The notes beneath the pieces are model-generated. The model was given only the letters and a program-made list of their open reading frames with translations, had not been told where the DNA came from and made no database searches. The position numbers were made by a program, and so were the translations under genes. Shown here piece by piece: positions 18,647 through 35,059 of a DNA stretch of 64,000 nucleotides (its first letter is position 1; each line of letters starts with the position of its first letter). Origin of the DNA: Piromyces finnis finn (lineage: Eukaryota; Fungi; Neocallimastigomycota); the NCBI GenBank assembly GCA_002104945.1, contig MCFH01000052.1, positions 124,001-188,000 of the forward strand, written 5' to 3'.

Positions 18647-18869
18647 TATTTTATTGCACACACTAGAATAATCATACATCATAATATTCAATTATTACTA
18701 TTATTAAATAAATTACTATCTAAATTAAAATTATTATCTTCACTATAGCTATCTCTACTACTATTATTATTGCTATTAATATATTAATATTATTGCTATC
18801 TCTACTGATAGTAACATTTTCATTATTGTTGATTGATAGGACTATTTGGAATTACGTTGACTGAAAAAA

Positions 18870-19220
18870 ATTTAATAGCTGGATTATGAAACTGTAATGT
18901 TTAATACGGGATATCTCTAAAAGTTGGAACAATCTAATAATCAATGCTTAATACTTTGATCTCCACTCTTGTAACATGAACAGCCGTTAGGACAACCTAA
19001 AATCAACAAATTTAGTAGCTTTTTACAACTCTAGCATCCAACTTGTATCTGCTTCTTGCTTTCAAAAGCCAGTAGAAACCATAGGCAAACTCTGGGTACT
19101 TATAACATAATTTAATAAAGGCTTTAGTTTCAATAAGATTATTATCATCCTAATATTGTGCTTTGATTGAATTTTTCCAATAAAAGTTTTTAACTGCTCT
19201 AACATCTTCATCTCTATGCT
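18870..19220 (-). mobile_element. Relic of a non-LTR retrotransposon (LINE) ORF2 C-terminal region
   Basis: Broken frames read FIKLCYKYPEFAYGFYWLLKARSRYK and GCPNGCSCYKSGDQSIKH*LLDCSNF. This resembles the CxxC..S(I/L)EHxLLxC zinc knuckle downstream of LINE RT. Confidence 0.5.
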
Positions 19221-19914
19221 TTTTTTTTTTTTTTAATTTTTTTTTTTTTTTTATCAAGTGTCCTAATTGATTTACACTCATGAACTCATGATATTGCTAA
19301 AGTCTTATATAACAATGTATAATGTAATATGGAATTTCAATTTTATTATAAAAAAAAAGAGAGACACGTCCATACACATACACAATTCTCTATCAAAGTA
19401 TTTTGAAATTTTATTTTATTTTACTTTATTTTTATATTTAATTGAAATTAATAAATAAAAAAAGTGTTTAAATAAATAAAACTAATACTACTTTTTAAAT
19501 GGAAAAAGAAAAGAGAAAAAAAATAATAACTAAAACTATTATAAAATGGAAAAAGAAAAAAAAAATAAAACTATAAATATATATATAAAAATAGTAATAA
19601 ATATATATATATATATATATAAAGAATAGAATATAAATTATGTAATTTATTATTACAATGATAATAAAAAGAATCTTTCTTGTTTAAAAAATTAAAAAGA
19701 AAAAGAAAAGAATAGTTTCATTCATATTGATGTTAATTTTTTTTTTTTTTTTTTACCTATACATATATGCATATATTATACTTATTGTATGTATGTATGT
19801 ATGTATGTATGTATAGTTTAAACGTGTGAAAATATATATATTTTTTTTTAAAAAAATATAATTTCTGATGAAAGGATAGATTAGTTAAAAAAAAAAAAAA
19901 AACCTTTTTTTTTT

Positions 19915-22518
19915 TTAAGAAACAGCTTTCTTTTCTTTTTTAATATTGAAACGGTGAATCCATTTTGTAATAGATGGGAATCGTTTAAGGAATGGGGTTG
20001 ATGTGGTGGTGGTGGTGGTAGGGGTAGAAGTTTCCATGACAACAGGCTCCATCATAGTATTAAGGTAGGAAGTAATTAATTTTTGATTCTTAGCTTTTGG
20101 TATATTAAGTTTTGAATTCTTAGAGATAAGTTTTGACTTTTTAGATATGCCAAGTCCAAAATTAATTAAATTGGTATCTGTAGTAGTACTAGTCGTACTA
20201 GTACTAGTAGGGATTGGTGCATGATGGTTGGTCATGGTGATGGTAGTATTTGTACCAGAAGATGGGGAGGAGGGTGAAGTACGGATAAGACTTTGACGAT
20301 GTTTACGATTACGACTGGAATAAGGTAAAGAATGGCGATTATTGGATTTATAAAGTCTTTCCTTGGTATGTTCACGAGTATTTTTGCTTTTTATAATTGA
20401 AAATTTGGCAGCAATATCTTCAACTGATATTTGGTCAGGTTTTTTCTTTAAAGGTGCTTGGCTCACATCCTCACGTTCATCATCATCTAAAATACGAAAA
20501 GATTTAATAGCATTCGAACGACGTCCTTCACCATTACTAAAAGAATTTGGTATCGGAGAAACAAAATATTGAGCTTCACCACCACTATCAGAAAGATAAC
20601 TATTCTTGGTCATTGAATGCTTATTAAGAAGGGAAGAAACATACGGCGATACCGCTGTTACAGGTTTATCTAACATTTTTATAGGTGAAAATAGTGGTAA
20701 ACCATTACGTTTTACTTCCGGTGTAGCATTTCTACTTTTTGGTTTGGAAAATGGATGATATCTTTGTCCATTGTAATGATTATTATGGGTTGCCGTCAAA
20801 CGTCCGGTAACAGAATAATTTCCTTGTAAATTCTTTATATCTGAAGGATAATGCGGATTGAGTGATGATAATGGTAATGCTTGAGTTGGAGTAAAGGAAG
20901 ATTTATTATGATAGGAGATTATGTTTTGACTTGTAGTGGTGGTAGATGAAGTTAATCCCTCCATATCAGAAGAAGAAGTTACTGAATATGAACGATCATT
21001 GAACGTTGATTTTTCTTCATTACTTCCATCATCCATAAGATCAATGTTACAACAAGAATCGCTTCTACTGGTTGTATTTGAAGATCCATGATGTCTTGTA
21101 GTTGATGTTACACTTTGGGATGAAGTTGAAGATGATGAAGACGGTGGTGTAAGAATTCCGGTATATTGATAATTTTGTTTCTCAACTCTAGATCCTGAAA
21201 TGGTATTATCTTCTTCCATAACAGGTTTATCTTCATCCATAATTTTATCATTATAATTGGAAGAAGATACGTCTTCACCTTCCTCCTCATGATGAGTGGA
21301 AGTAGTGGTGGTTTGTACATTGATATCTTGAGATGAGCTATTTTGTTTCATCTTTTCAATTTCATTATTATCAACAAAAGGTTGTTGTTGTTGTTGAGGA
21401 GGAGGAGAGGAAGAAATTGATTTAGAAAAGGTTTCAAGAACATTATAGAGAACAGAAAAGTTTGGTTCTAAAGATGGATCATAACATTTAAGTTGATTAT
21501 TATCTAAAATATAACAATCAATAAAGTTAAAGAGTTGTTTTACATTTTTAAGTTGATGATTTTCGTTTGATATAGCGGAGGAAGAGGATGGTTTTGATGT
21601 TGTTGTTGCTTGAATAGAAGTACTGATGGTATTTTTTTCATTTTCCATTTCACAATCATTTGAATAATTATGCTTTAATCTTAATTCCTGAAGACCTCTA
21701 TCAATTTGATCTAAATAGTCTTCCCATTCAGCGTAAGAAACATTGATATGATAATCAAGAGAACGAAGAAATAAACTTTCTAAAGCGTTTAATTCTCCTG
21801 TTTTAAATAAACCCATACAAACTTTAGATATCCATTTTGAGTTTTTTATATATATTGTATCTTCCAAATAATACTTTGAAGCAACAATGATAGCTACTGC
21901 TGTTAAACGATTTGGTGTAAATTCCGATAATACCTTTTGTACATTTGGTATTTTCAATAAACGATTGATATATATAAAGGAAACAATGGGTATAAAAAAT
22001 GGTAAATCGTATCGATGAATCAAGATTTCAACAAAATTATGAAGTGATATATGAGTACTAACAGATGAGGTTTTTGAAGTTGATTCCTGAATAAACTTTG
22101 TGAAAAAATCTTTATAAATACATTTGATATATAAATAACATAAATAATAAAAATAATAGATAAAATATTAATAAAATTAGTATATTTTTTTAAAAAAATA
22201 AAAAACAACTCATACATGGATATACGATGTGATGATATTATAATTAAAATTATTTATAAAAAAACTTAAACTATATTGTATAATATTAAAGGGAAAATAT
22301 ATATAAAATTTCTTAATTATACTAAACAAGTATTTTAGTAATTAAAATAGATAGTTACCAAAAAATAAATTTCTTAATTCCTTCGGAATATTCGAGCAAC
22401 GTAAATTTTCATATGTTATGATTTTATCTTTATTATTTTGTAAAGTTTGAGTTAAATTACTTTCACCATGTTGATTTGCTGTACTATTATTTTGATTAAA
22501 AAATGAAAATAAACCCAT
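19915..22518 (-). CDS. PHO85/PCL-type cyclin with long Ser/Thr-rich disordered tail; 2 exons
   Basis: Exon 1 (22518-22359) starts MGLFSFFNQN and splices in phase to exon 2 (22109-19915). The cyclin box reads IVSFIYINRL..RLTAVAIIVASKYYLED..KNSKW..GLFKTGELNALESLFLRSLDYHINV. Confidence 0.85.
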
Positions 22519-25500
22519 ACTATAATCTATATTGTTATTGATGTTGATAATAACGTTTAGTTTTTATTGTTGTTATTATTAATAATTTAATATTGAATGA
22601 AAAATAAAAAGAGTCTATATTATAAAAATAAATAATGATGAATATTTTTGTGTAAATCTATAAAATTGTATTCTTTTTTAAATTTTTATTATATTCAATT
22701 AATAGTATTATTCATCCCCTATTTTTCTAATTTTTTTTTTTTTTTTAAATTTTTTGAAATTATTGTCAAGATTTTGGTCAAAGTGAAAAGGGTTATAATA
22801 ATCTACTTTAATATATTTATAAAATAAATAGTTACGAATAAAAAAAAATAGATATATACTGTATTGTGAATATTATTGTAGTGAATGATGCTGATATTTA
22901 ATGAATAATTGCTTTTAAAATTTAAAGATTTCCGATGAGTATTTTATTATATTTTTTTTTAGATAATTTATTTTATATGAATAAAAAAAGATTATTTATA
23001 GTGAATATTTTTTAATAAAGAAAAAAGATAATAGTATGATATATATATATATATATAATTTATTTACACCAAGGTATATAATAAATGAATAGTATGAAAT
23101 CTTATTAATAAATGATTTTTCATACAAATAAATTTTAAAAGTATTTTTTGTTAAATACAATTTAACGATTGAAATGAATAAAAAGATGGTTATTTATATA
23201 AAAAAAAAAAGTTAAATATATAATAATAAATATAATGATATATAAATAAAAATGTGTAAAGATTTTTATTAAAATAAAAAATCAAATGGATAGAAAAAAG
23301 ATGATAAAAGTAAATGGTATAAAAAAAACTATTCTAATTTTGATAAATTGAAAATGTCTTATATTTATTAAATCGAAAGAATAATAAAAAAAAATAAATT
23401 TTTAAATCAAAACTTTTTTTTTTTTTCATATAAAGTGAATTATTCAAGAATGAGTTGTGATGATGAGATGAGTGGTGATGGTGTGATATTTATAATTTAG
23501 TGTAATTTATTATTATAAAATTAGTGTAATTTACTATAAATTTATATCATATTTTTTTAAAAAAAATGAAATCTTTTTCCTTTTTTTTTTTAATAAATCA
23601 CTACAAAAAAATCTTTTTTCTTTCTTTCTTTCTTTCTTTCTTTTCCTTCCTTCCTTTTCACCTTTTTTTTTTCTTTCTGGCAATTTAAAAAAGGGCTATG
23701 AGAAAAAAAAAAAAAAAAAAAAAGAAAAAGAAAAAGTAAATCAAAAAAGAAAAAAAAAAAAAAATTTTTTTTTGTAAATTTAAATATTTTTAAATTTTTT
23801 ACGAAATAATTAATTTTTATTAAAAATTAGGTCATCATTCAAAATAAAAAAAAAATTTAAATTTCAAAAATTAAGTAATTCTAACCCTTTAGGATTATAT
23901 TGAATTCTATTTAATACTATATGTAATATATGTATAATATACTTTTTCAATATATTTTTATAGAATTGAATTTTTAAAAAATTATATTTATTAACAAATA
24001 TACTTTAATATATATATTTTTATATTATGATATATATTTATAATATATTATAAATAGAAGAAATTAAAAAAGGCTTAACCCTTTATTGAACTATCAATTA
24101 AAATAAATAGACTAAATATATTATGCTTATAATAATAATATATAGATAAATTAAATAATATTTTTTGGATGGCCTAGAATCAATAATAAATATTAATATA
24201 TTACAGAATTAATTGTAATATATGGATATTTCATTATTCTTTTCAATTCTCTAATATATTTTTTTGAAAAGAATTTTAAAGAAGGTGAAGGATGCAGAAA
24301 GAACAAAATTTTTTGGGCAAAACTTTGGCTAAATTTGAATAGTGGTTGGCCACAAAATTCTGGCAGAAAAAAAATCTCAGGCAGAAAATTATGGCTAAGA
24401 AATTTGATATAAAAAAGAAGATCGTTTTAAAAAAAAAAAAAAGAAAATCAATTTTATTGGAATAGAATGATAATGAAAAAAAAAAAAGGTATGATTTAAT
24501 AGGTTTAAATTGTCAATTTTAATGTATCAATTCATCTTTCTTTTAATTAATCGCTCAACATAGCATTAATCATCACTTTAAAAGAAAAGAGTGGAAAAGG
24601 ATATCTAGTTAGAAATTAAAGATCACTTCTATAGTAAGATGTAACGGATTTAAATTAATAAAAAAAAAAGTCATTCTTCCAACCTGTGAATTAATAATAA
24701 AACGTTGACATTTCTTGTAAAAAGTAATTTTATAATATTTATTTAATTGTTATTTATTTATTCATTTAATTCAATAAATATTTATTTAGTTTATTATTTA
24801 TATGTATATTTAATTTATTGAAAGTTAAATTTGATTATAAAGTAAACAACTGTCATAGCATAGATCGTATTAACAACATATTTATTCATATTATTGATGA
24901 CAATGGATTAATGTATAATTATAATAAAAATTCTATTCTATTGTTATTGATCCGATGGACATTTAAAACCTATGAATAAAAAAGTTAATAACAAATATTT
25001 TTTTTTTTTTTTGTTTTTAAAAATATTCACATACAAGCTTAAATTAATGAAATAATCTTATTCTACTATTAATAGTAATAATACTTTATATAATTGAATA
25101 AAGTAAATAGAATGACATTTGTGTTATATCAAGAGGTATAAAAAGAAATGTTTTTAATAATAGTTAATACTATTACTATTAATAATAAGATAAGACGAAA
25201 TAAGAAAGGAAATAAAAAATACCTATATCCACAGTATTATATATATTATATACCTATATATTTATATATAGATAGATGTATTTTTATTTATTTCTATTCT
25301 CATTACAGCATTTTTATATTTAAAATGTTTTTTTTTTTAAAGAATAAATAGTTTATTTATTTTATTATTGATTGTTATTGTTATTATTATTATTATTATA
25401 AAAGAGAGAAAAAAAATTGGTTTAAACCTAATAAAAAGAAATTAAAAAAGTGAAAATAATAAATAAAAAAAAAAAAAGGAAAATAATAATAAATTCATTG

Positions 25501-25702
25501 GTATACTTTGTATACCTTTTACACTATAACATTAATAATAAATAATAAAAATAATAAAAAGATTAGATCTAAATACATTAATATATGAAAAATAATAATA
25601 ATAATAAAAAAATGATAATGTTCTATAAAGCAAAAATTAAATAATTTATACTAATTTTTTTTTACTGGTTCTTTTTTTTTTTTTATAGAAAAAGATATGG
25701 AC

Positions 25703-28234
<2,532 letters not shown>

Positions 28235-28767
28235 TTTTTATTATATTTATAATTTTACTAATGATTACAATAATGTATTTTTATTTGACTTGAATTGTTT
28301 TAATCTTTCTTTAAATAAAAAAAAAGAAAAGAAAAATAATAATAAAAAGAAAAGGTGAAATAAAAGGATATATTATTTTAATTTATAATAAATTAAAAAT
28401 GGTTATTATTATTACAATTTCCTTTTTTTTTTTTTTTAAAAAATATATGAATTTATAATTAATAAAAAAAAAACAATTTTTTTTTAAAATTAGTTGAGGA
28501 TACCCTGAAATGACCAATCATATCTCATAATATTATATGTTATATATATTATTTATAATTAAAATTTTTTTAAAACTATAAAAAATTAATTAAATTATCC
28601 ATTTAATTTTATTATATATTTATTTAACTATACATTTATTTATTATTATAGCATTTTATTTAATCGTTCACTTATATTTATATAGTAAATTTAAATGAAT
28701 ATATAATTAACCTATTAAATAAATTTTTTTTTTTAAAGATTCAAAAATGATTAAGGACATTCTAAAG

Positions 28768-28848
<81 letters not shown>

Positions 28849-29749
28849 TTGTTATTGTTGTTGTTGTTGTTGTTGTTGTTGTTATTACTATTTACTTTAA
28901 ATTGAATATAGTAATTTTTAACTATTATTAAAATATAGGCACAATTAATTTATATCACAAAGAAAAGTAGTTATATAGTAATAGTAAGTGTAAATTAAAG
29001 GATAATTAAAGGATTAATGTCTATATACATATGCTGTGCATATTTATATAATCCCAATGAATATATTTTTTAATTGAAAGATAAAGTTATTGATTGTATG
29101 AATAAAATACCAAAGATACATAATAATATTTTACTCTTTTTTTTTATATTACTATATAATTTTTTTTGGAATAATAAAATAATAAAATAATAAAAATTTA
29201 TTATAAATAATATGGATTGCTTTTTTTTTTTTTATATTTTGATACTATTAAAAACTAAAAATTATGTGCGTATGTGTGTATATGTATGTTTTGTGAATTT
29301 TATTTTATATTATCCTAATAACGCTATTAAGTAACCGTTACAAATATATAATTTTAATATCTTAACTAAATAAAAATTCATAAAGGTTAGTATCTTAATA
29401 AATTAATATACACGTGATATTACCATCATATAAATATTGATTCTATGTATAATCAACATTATTTATGATATTATTTTATATAAACCTCATTAATATATAC
29501 ATGAATGTTATAGCATATGTCATGAAATTCAGTTAAAAATAAAAAGTGTTTAAATAGGAAATAATAATAATTAATAATTAGAATAGTTAAATATTAAGTA
29601 TCATAGTTAGATAATTAACATACACATGTGATACAATATAAATATATATATCTATGTGTAATAAACATTATTTATGACAACTACATTATTTTATGTAAAC
29701 TTTATTAATGTATAAATACATATGATATTCAGTTATATAAATGAATAAA

Positions 29750-31110
29750 CATGAAAATGTTAAGTTTCGATGAATTAAGAAAAATGTACGATAAAGACTT
29801 TTCTAGTTTCGAAAGAATAAATGATTAATATAAAAAAGAAAAATTAATGAATACTAAAAACTCTAAAGAATATCAATTAAATAACCTTGAGTACATTAAA
29901 GAATAAAACAGTATGGATTTTTGACACTGGTGCATTGGAACATATATATGCTGCAACAATGATATTCTTGTTAAATTTATCGAAAAGAAAATTTAAAATG
30001 AAATGTGCAAACAATACATTATGCAAATTTTCAGGCTACGGCTCTTATATCAGAGCAATTAATAATAAAAGAATGATTTTAAATAATGTTTTTTATTCTG
30101 ATCAAATTAAAAAGAAATTTTTAAGTGGAATTAAATTGGCTAAAAATGGAATTATAAGCAATATTACTAGAAAAAAGATGTTTATTTAAGTTTAAAAATA
30201 AAAAAATAAAAATAAAAATAATAACAAATTTATTGGAAGATTTAAAGCAAATGGAAACAACATTATACAAATACTAGAAATGAATATTTTTAAATATTTA
30301 GTTAGCAAAACAAAAAATTACAAAATTTCTTATAAAGGAAATGGTAAGATACAAGGATATTATGACTCTGATTTTGGAGGATATGAAAAAGATAGGAAAT
30401 TAACATCAGGAAGCAGTATTTTTATTCTTATGGGACAAGATCCAATTAGCTGGCAATCCAAAAAACAAACTATGGCAGCAACCTTAACTGTAGCAGAATC
30501 AGAGTACATAAGAAAATATTATGGATTAGAAATATCATATGAATTGTTTAAAATAGAAAAACCAATCACGATTTTTACAGACAATTTAGTTAGCAAAACA
30601 ACAGTTGAAAACGGTGAACTAAATACCAAGTTAAGGCACATATGTATAAAATATCATTTTAATAAAGATAATATAAAACAAAATAAAACTGGAATACATA
30701 AAAACGGACCTAGTACTAGAAGACATTTTAACAAATGAACAATTTTGCAAATCAAGTTTTTAATAATTAAAAAAAAAAACTAATTTAGGGGGAGTGTTAG
30801 AATATAAAGAATTTTATATATTATTTATTAATTAATTAAATTGAATATTTGAATGATATTTGATATATTATAAATTATAAAATTAGTATTAATAGAATTA
30901 AATGTCAATGTTAGATATTTTATGTGTTTATGTAATTTATTTTATGGAATAGTTATAAATTATTCATATGATTAATTTTGCATAAAATACTACGCCACGC
31001 TGTAGCATAAAGGTTTTAAATAGTTTCATAAATTTATTCAATGTAATTACCTATTTATATAAAACTTTAAAAACAAAATTTATCATAAAACAATAGAGTC
31101 TCGGTTATCA
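29750..31110 (+). mobile_element. Internally deleted Ty1/copia relic with PPT and 3' LTR
   Basis: Protease motif VWIFDTGALEH is followed almost directly by the RT-end/RNase H (IQGYYDSDFGG, ISWQSKKQ, AESEY, TDN, RHICIKYHF). PPT AGGGGGAG is at 30787-30794. The LTR starts TGTTAG at 30795 and probably ends GGTTATCA at 31110. Confidence 0.8.
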
Positions 31111-31253
31111 GTTATTAATGAATTTTAATGCTTTAAAATTAATAGATTTTGGATTAATATTATAATTTTATATTGCATATATTCATATATTTAAAAAAAT
31201 TTAAATAAATAACAATCTCTTATACGAGCTAATATTAAATAATTGTAATAAAT

Positions 31254-32227
31254 TGTAAATATATAATATATATAATAATATATATATCTTTAAATTATTT
31301 AATAATTAATTAATAATTATTAAATAAAAATCTTGATATTTTAATGGGAATTATTCATAAAATTTATTCAATAAATTTCATGGAATAATTAAATAATAAT
31401 TAATTTTAAAATATCAAGGTTAAGAAATGAAATTTGGATAAATATTTAAATTAATGGATAATTAAATTTAAATATTTTAAATATTCAAATTAAATCTTAA
31501 AAAGTTTTTATTTAATTAAAATTAGTTTAATAACTTTAGCGTAGTTTTAAATTAGCATTTTTTAATAGTAAATATATAATAAATAATATTATTAATATTT
31601 AATTAATATATAGGCAATACATGGACTGTATTCAATTTGTAGTTTACCCAAATTGAATCAAAAGTGTATTTAATTAGTTTTAGTATAGCTTTACTATTTT
31701 ATTATTTATTTAAATTAGTATTAAATTAGTTTTGCTTATTTTATTTTAACTTATTTTTAAAAATAGTTTTGTTATTACTTCAATAGGAATAGTATTGATA
31801 ATATTAAATTAATTTATAGATAATACATGAGCTTTATTCAATTTTGAGTAAACTCAAATTGAATTAAAAGTATAATGAATTAGTTTTAGTTTAGTTTTAT
31901 TATTTTATTATTTAATTAAATTAGTTTTGTTTATTTTATATTATATATATGTTTATTTAAATAGAATAATATATTAAAATATAATATGTAAAAAATATAA
32001 ATACATGTTGCTTTTGTTTATTAAATCAATATAATTGTTATTTTAATTTATTTAATATTGTTAATATTTTAATTATTAACTATTATATAGTTAATAATAT
32101 TTCTTTTTAAAAGTTTAAATAAAATGTTTTTAAAAATAAAAATTTAATATTTATTTTTTATTTTTTGTGTTAATAAAAATTGTTTTATTTTAAGTGTAAA
32201 ATCTGTTCTTAATTTTATTCTTTTTCA
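31254..32227 (+). mobile_element. LTR of the family also found at 46554 and 51919
   Basis: Shares long blocks with those solo LTRs, for example GAGTAAACTCAAATTGAATTAAAAGTATAATGAATTAG and TTTGTGTTAATAAAAATTG. No TSD found, so the ends are approximate. Confidence 0.6.
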
Positions 32228-33200
32228 TCATGGTTATTTTGGTATCATTAACACAAAAGAATTAATTACAAGAAATTTTGTTTGAATAAATATGACTCAA
32301 GATATAATTAAATTTATCACTTCAAAGTTTGTGAATCAGTGAAAATTTATTTTCATAGGCCTTATCTTATGGACTTTTCCAGCGTTTACCAACTCCTGAA
32401 AGACCGTGATCTTTTGCTTCTATGAATTTTATAACTGATTTGCCTATGTCAAAGGAAAAAACAGTTAAATGGTTATTTTAGACAGGCTAGCGAAAATTGA
32501 TCACTTTATTCCATTTAGAATGATTCTAATTGCTCAAATTGCTTCTGATATTTTTTTAGAGAAGTTTTCAGTCTACATGGTTTTGTTATATTAAACAAAA
32601 GAAAACTGAATGAATCTTTTGCCTTATGCTGAATTAAGTACAAGTACTATTGAAAAAAATATTATATTATCTTAGATATATATAAGCATATGTCTCCTCC
32701 TATAAAATTTGTTAATTAAAGAAATCTCAGCCATTACCCATAAGAACTGAAAGACACGCAACTCAAGTTGAAGCTACATTTGTAAAAATATCCGTGGATA
32801 TAATTGTTCCTTAAAAAGTTATTATCAGCAATAAATATATCATTGTAGTCGTAGATTATGAAAACTGAGACAAACACTTATAAGTAGCTTTATGGACTTT
32901 AAGGACTAGCGTATCTACCGCCACAAAATTTTCTAGTTTTGAATTGGTGTATGGAAGCAAGGATTCTCTCCCAATAAATCTGGTGGTAATGGAAATTTAT
33001 CAAGAAGCTATTGTTGGAAGATCCACAGAGGTGGTTCTATTGGAAAGATTCGTGGATCACACAAAATGAAAGATCAAGATAAATTTTAAATTAAAAATAA
33101 AAAAATAAAAAGTATATCCTGTCTCGATTATATTTGTCCTGGATCCCTTGTTTAATAGATATTATGTAGTTCTCATTCTTAATGAAAAACAGAGAACCTA
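32228..33200. mobile_element. Fragmented retrotransposon relics (two gypsy integrase pieces on +, one copia RT piece on -)
   Basis: + strand has PYGLFQRLPTPERP..NFITDLP..DRLAKIDHFIP and VDII..NKYIIVVVDY..ATKFSSFELVYG. - strand has NYIISIKQG. All are broken by stops or frameshifts. Confidence 0.6.
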
Positions 33201-33219
33201 TTAATTAATTAATTAATTA

Positions 33220-33255
<36 letters not shown>

Positions 33256-33501
33256 TGTTGTATAATTGTTAACATAATACGAAATCATGTAATATATTAT
33301 AAATCATAATGTAATAATATGTATTTGAAATAATGTAATAGAATAATGTAGAATAATAACGTAATGTATTTGTTATATGTATGATATAAATGTAATGAAA
33401 ATTTTTATTTAATAAAATAGAAGACTTTATAATAAAATATATAAATAAACATATACATTTGTGTAATAACTCTCGAGTACCGTAAAACTAGCTGGTTAAT
33501 A

Positions 33502-33515
33502 GATTAAGAGTCTCA
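33502..33515 (+). promoter_or_regulatory. Primer-binding site complementary to the anticodon arm of tRNA-Lys(CUU)
   Basis: GATTAAGAGTCTCA abuts the 5' LTR. Its reverse complement TGAGACTCTTAATC equals positions 27-40 of the eukaryotic tRNA-Lys(CUU) sequence as I recall it. Confidence 0.75.
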
Positions 33516-34462
33516 AGTCTAGCTAAAACCAAATCTTGAGAGAATATTTTAGTAATTATAATACTAAAATAAAAGAAAAAAAAAATGTCACAAGAAAAGA
33601 TAGCCATTATTCTTACAGGTTCATCAAATTATTTTGAATGGATGAACCACATATGGGCCGAATTTTCAAAAGAAAAAATTATAAATTATCTTTATACAGA
33701 TGGTATCAAAGATATTGATACCAAGAATCTTAAAGAGGGTGAAGATGAAAAATTAGCTCAAAATGGAACAGCCAAATCTATCATCATTCACTCTATCTCT
33801 AGGAAAATTCATTCTGAGGTGGTAGGCATGGAATCCGCGTTTTTAATGCTCAAGAAAATTCAAAGAAATTATGGAGGAGGAGAAAATGACACCACCTATT
33901 GGATGATGAAGTTGAACTCATTAAAAACCAGTAATGAAAAGGAAATAACTAACTTTTTAGAAGAAATGTCCAACATTTTTAACACGTTGGAAAAGGCTGA
34001 CTGCAAATTAAGTAACATAGAAAAATTAAAATATCTGTATAATGCTCTCCCAGGAGAATATATGAAGAAATACATTTTGAAGGACTCAACAAAATATGAA
34101 GAATTGAATAAAGAAATTCAGGAAGACATCAAAAACCGCCTATGTGTTAGACTGGACTGTAGATAATAGAAGGGATAATCCAATGGAAATTGACTTTGTA
34201 AATAGAGGATCAAATAGTAAGAAGCATTATACAAAGGACAAAATGGACCAACATAAAAAACAAAAAATATTGTGCCATTTGTGAGAAAAATGAACACACT
34301 ACAAATGAATGTTGGTTTAATGGTAGAACAAATAAAAACAAAAAACAAATCCCACGCAAGGATAATTCCAATAAAAATAGAAGGTATTATTCAGCTCAAA
34401 AAGAAAAGTTTAAAGGAAAGTCCACCAACTATGTTGGATATGTTCAAGATCCAAACGATTAT

Positions 34463-34980
34463 TGATACGAAGAAAAATATTATCTTAATTCTATAAAGGA
34501 ATATAGAAAGTGATAATATTTGTATCTAAAATTTAATAAATAAAAATAAATAAGAAAATAAAAATAGAATGAATGATTTTTATACTTGTTCATTTGCAAG
34601 TCTTTGTTAGTTTAAAATATAAAATTATTTTATTTAATTATAAAGTTTTAATATTTAATAACTCTTGTATTATTAAATATATATATGTTATGGTTTAATA
34701 CATCTTGAATGTATGTAAATATAATCACAATTATTATTTTAATAAAATTTAATATTATTATCTAATTTTACTGGATTATTAGGAACATCTTTTAAAATAA
34801 AATAATTCTATCACTATTTATACAAAATTATTATTTTAAAGTATAATTATAAACAAATATAAACTATTTAATTTAAAAATAAATAAACAATTAAATAGAC
34901 AAAAAGTTTACATTTATAGTTTTTAATTTAATAATTTTATACATGTTAATTATTTTAATTTTCAACTATCTGTGTTTTAA

Positions 34981-35011
<31 letters not shown>

Positions 35012-35043
35012 AATTCATAATTTATAAATTTAATTATTTATCA
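34463..35043 (-). mobile_element. Solo LTR of family T (TGATAAATAAT...TATCA)
   Basis: Diverged reverse complement of the LTRs at 36900 and 38275. 4-bp TSD TTAT at 34459-34462 and 35044-35047. Confidence 0.82.
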
Positions 35044-35059
35044 TTATTATATGTAACGA

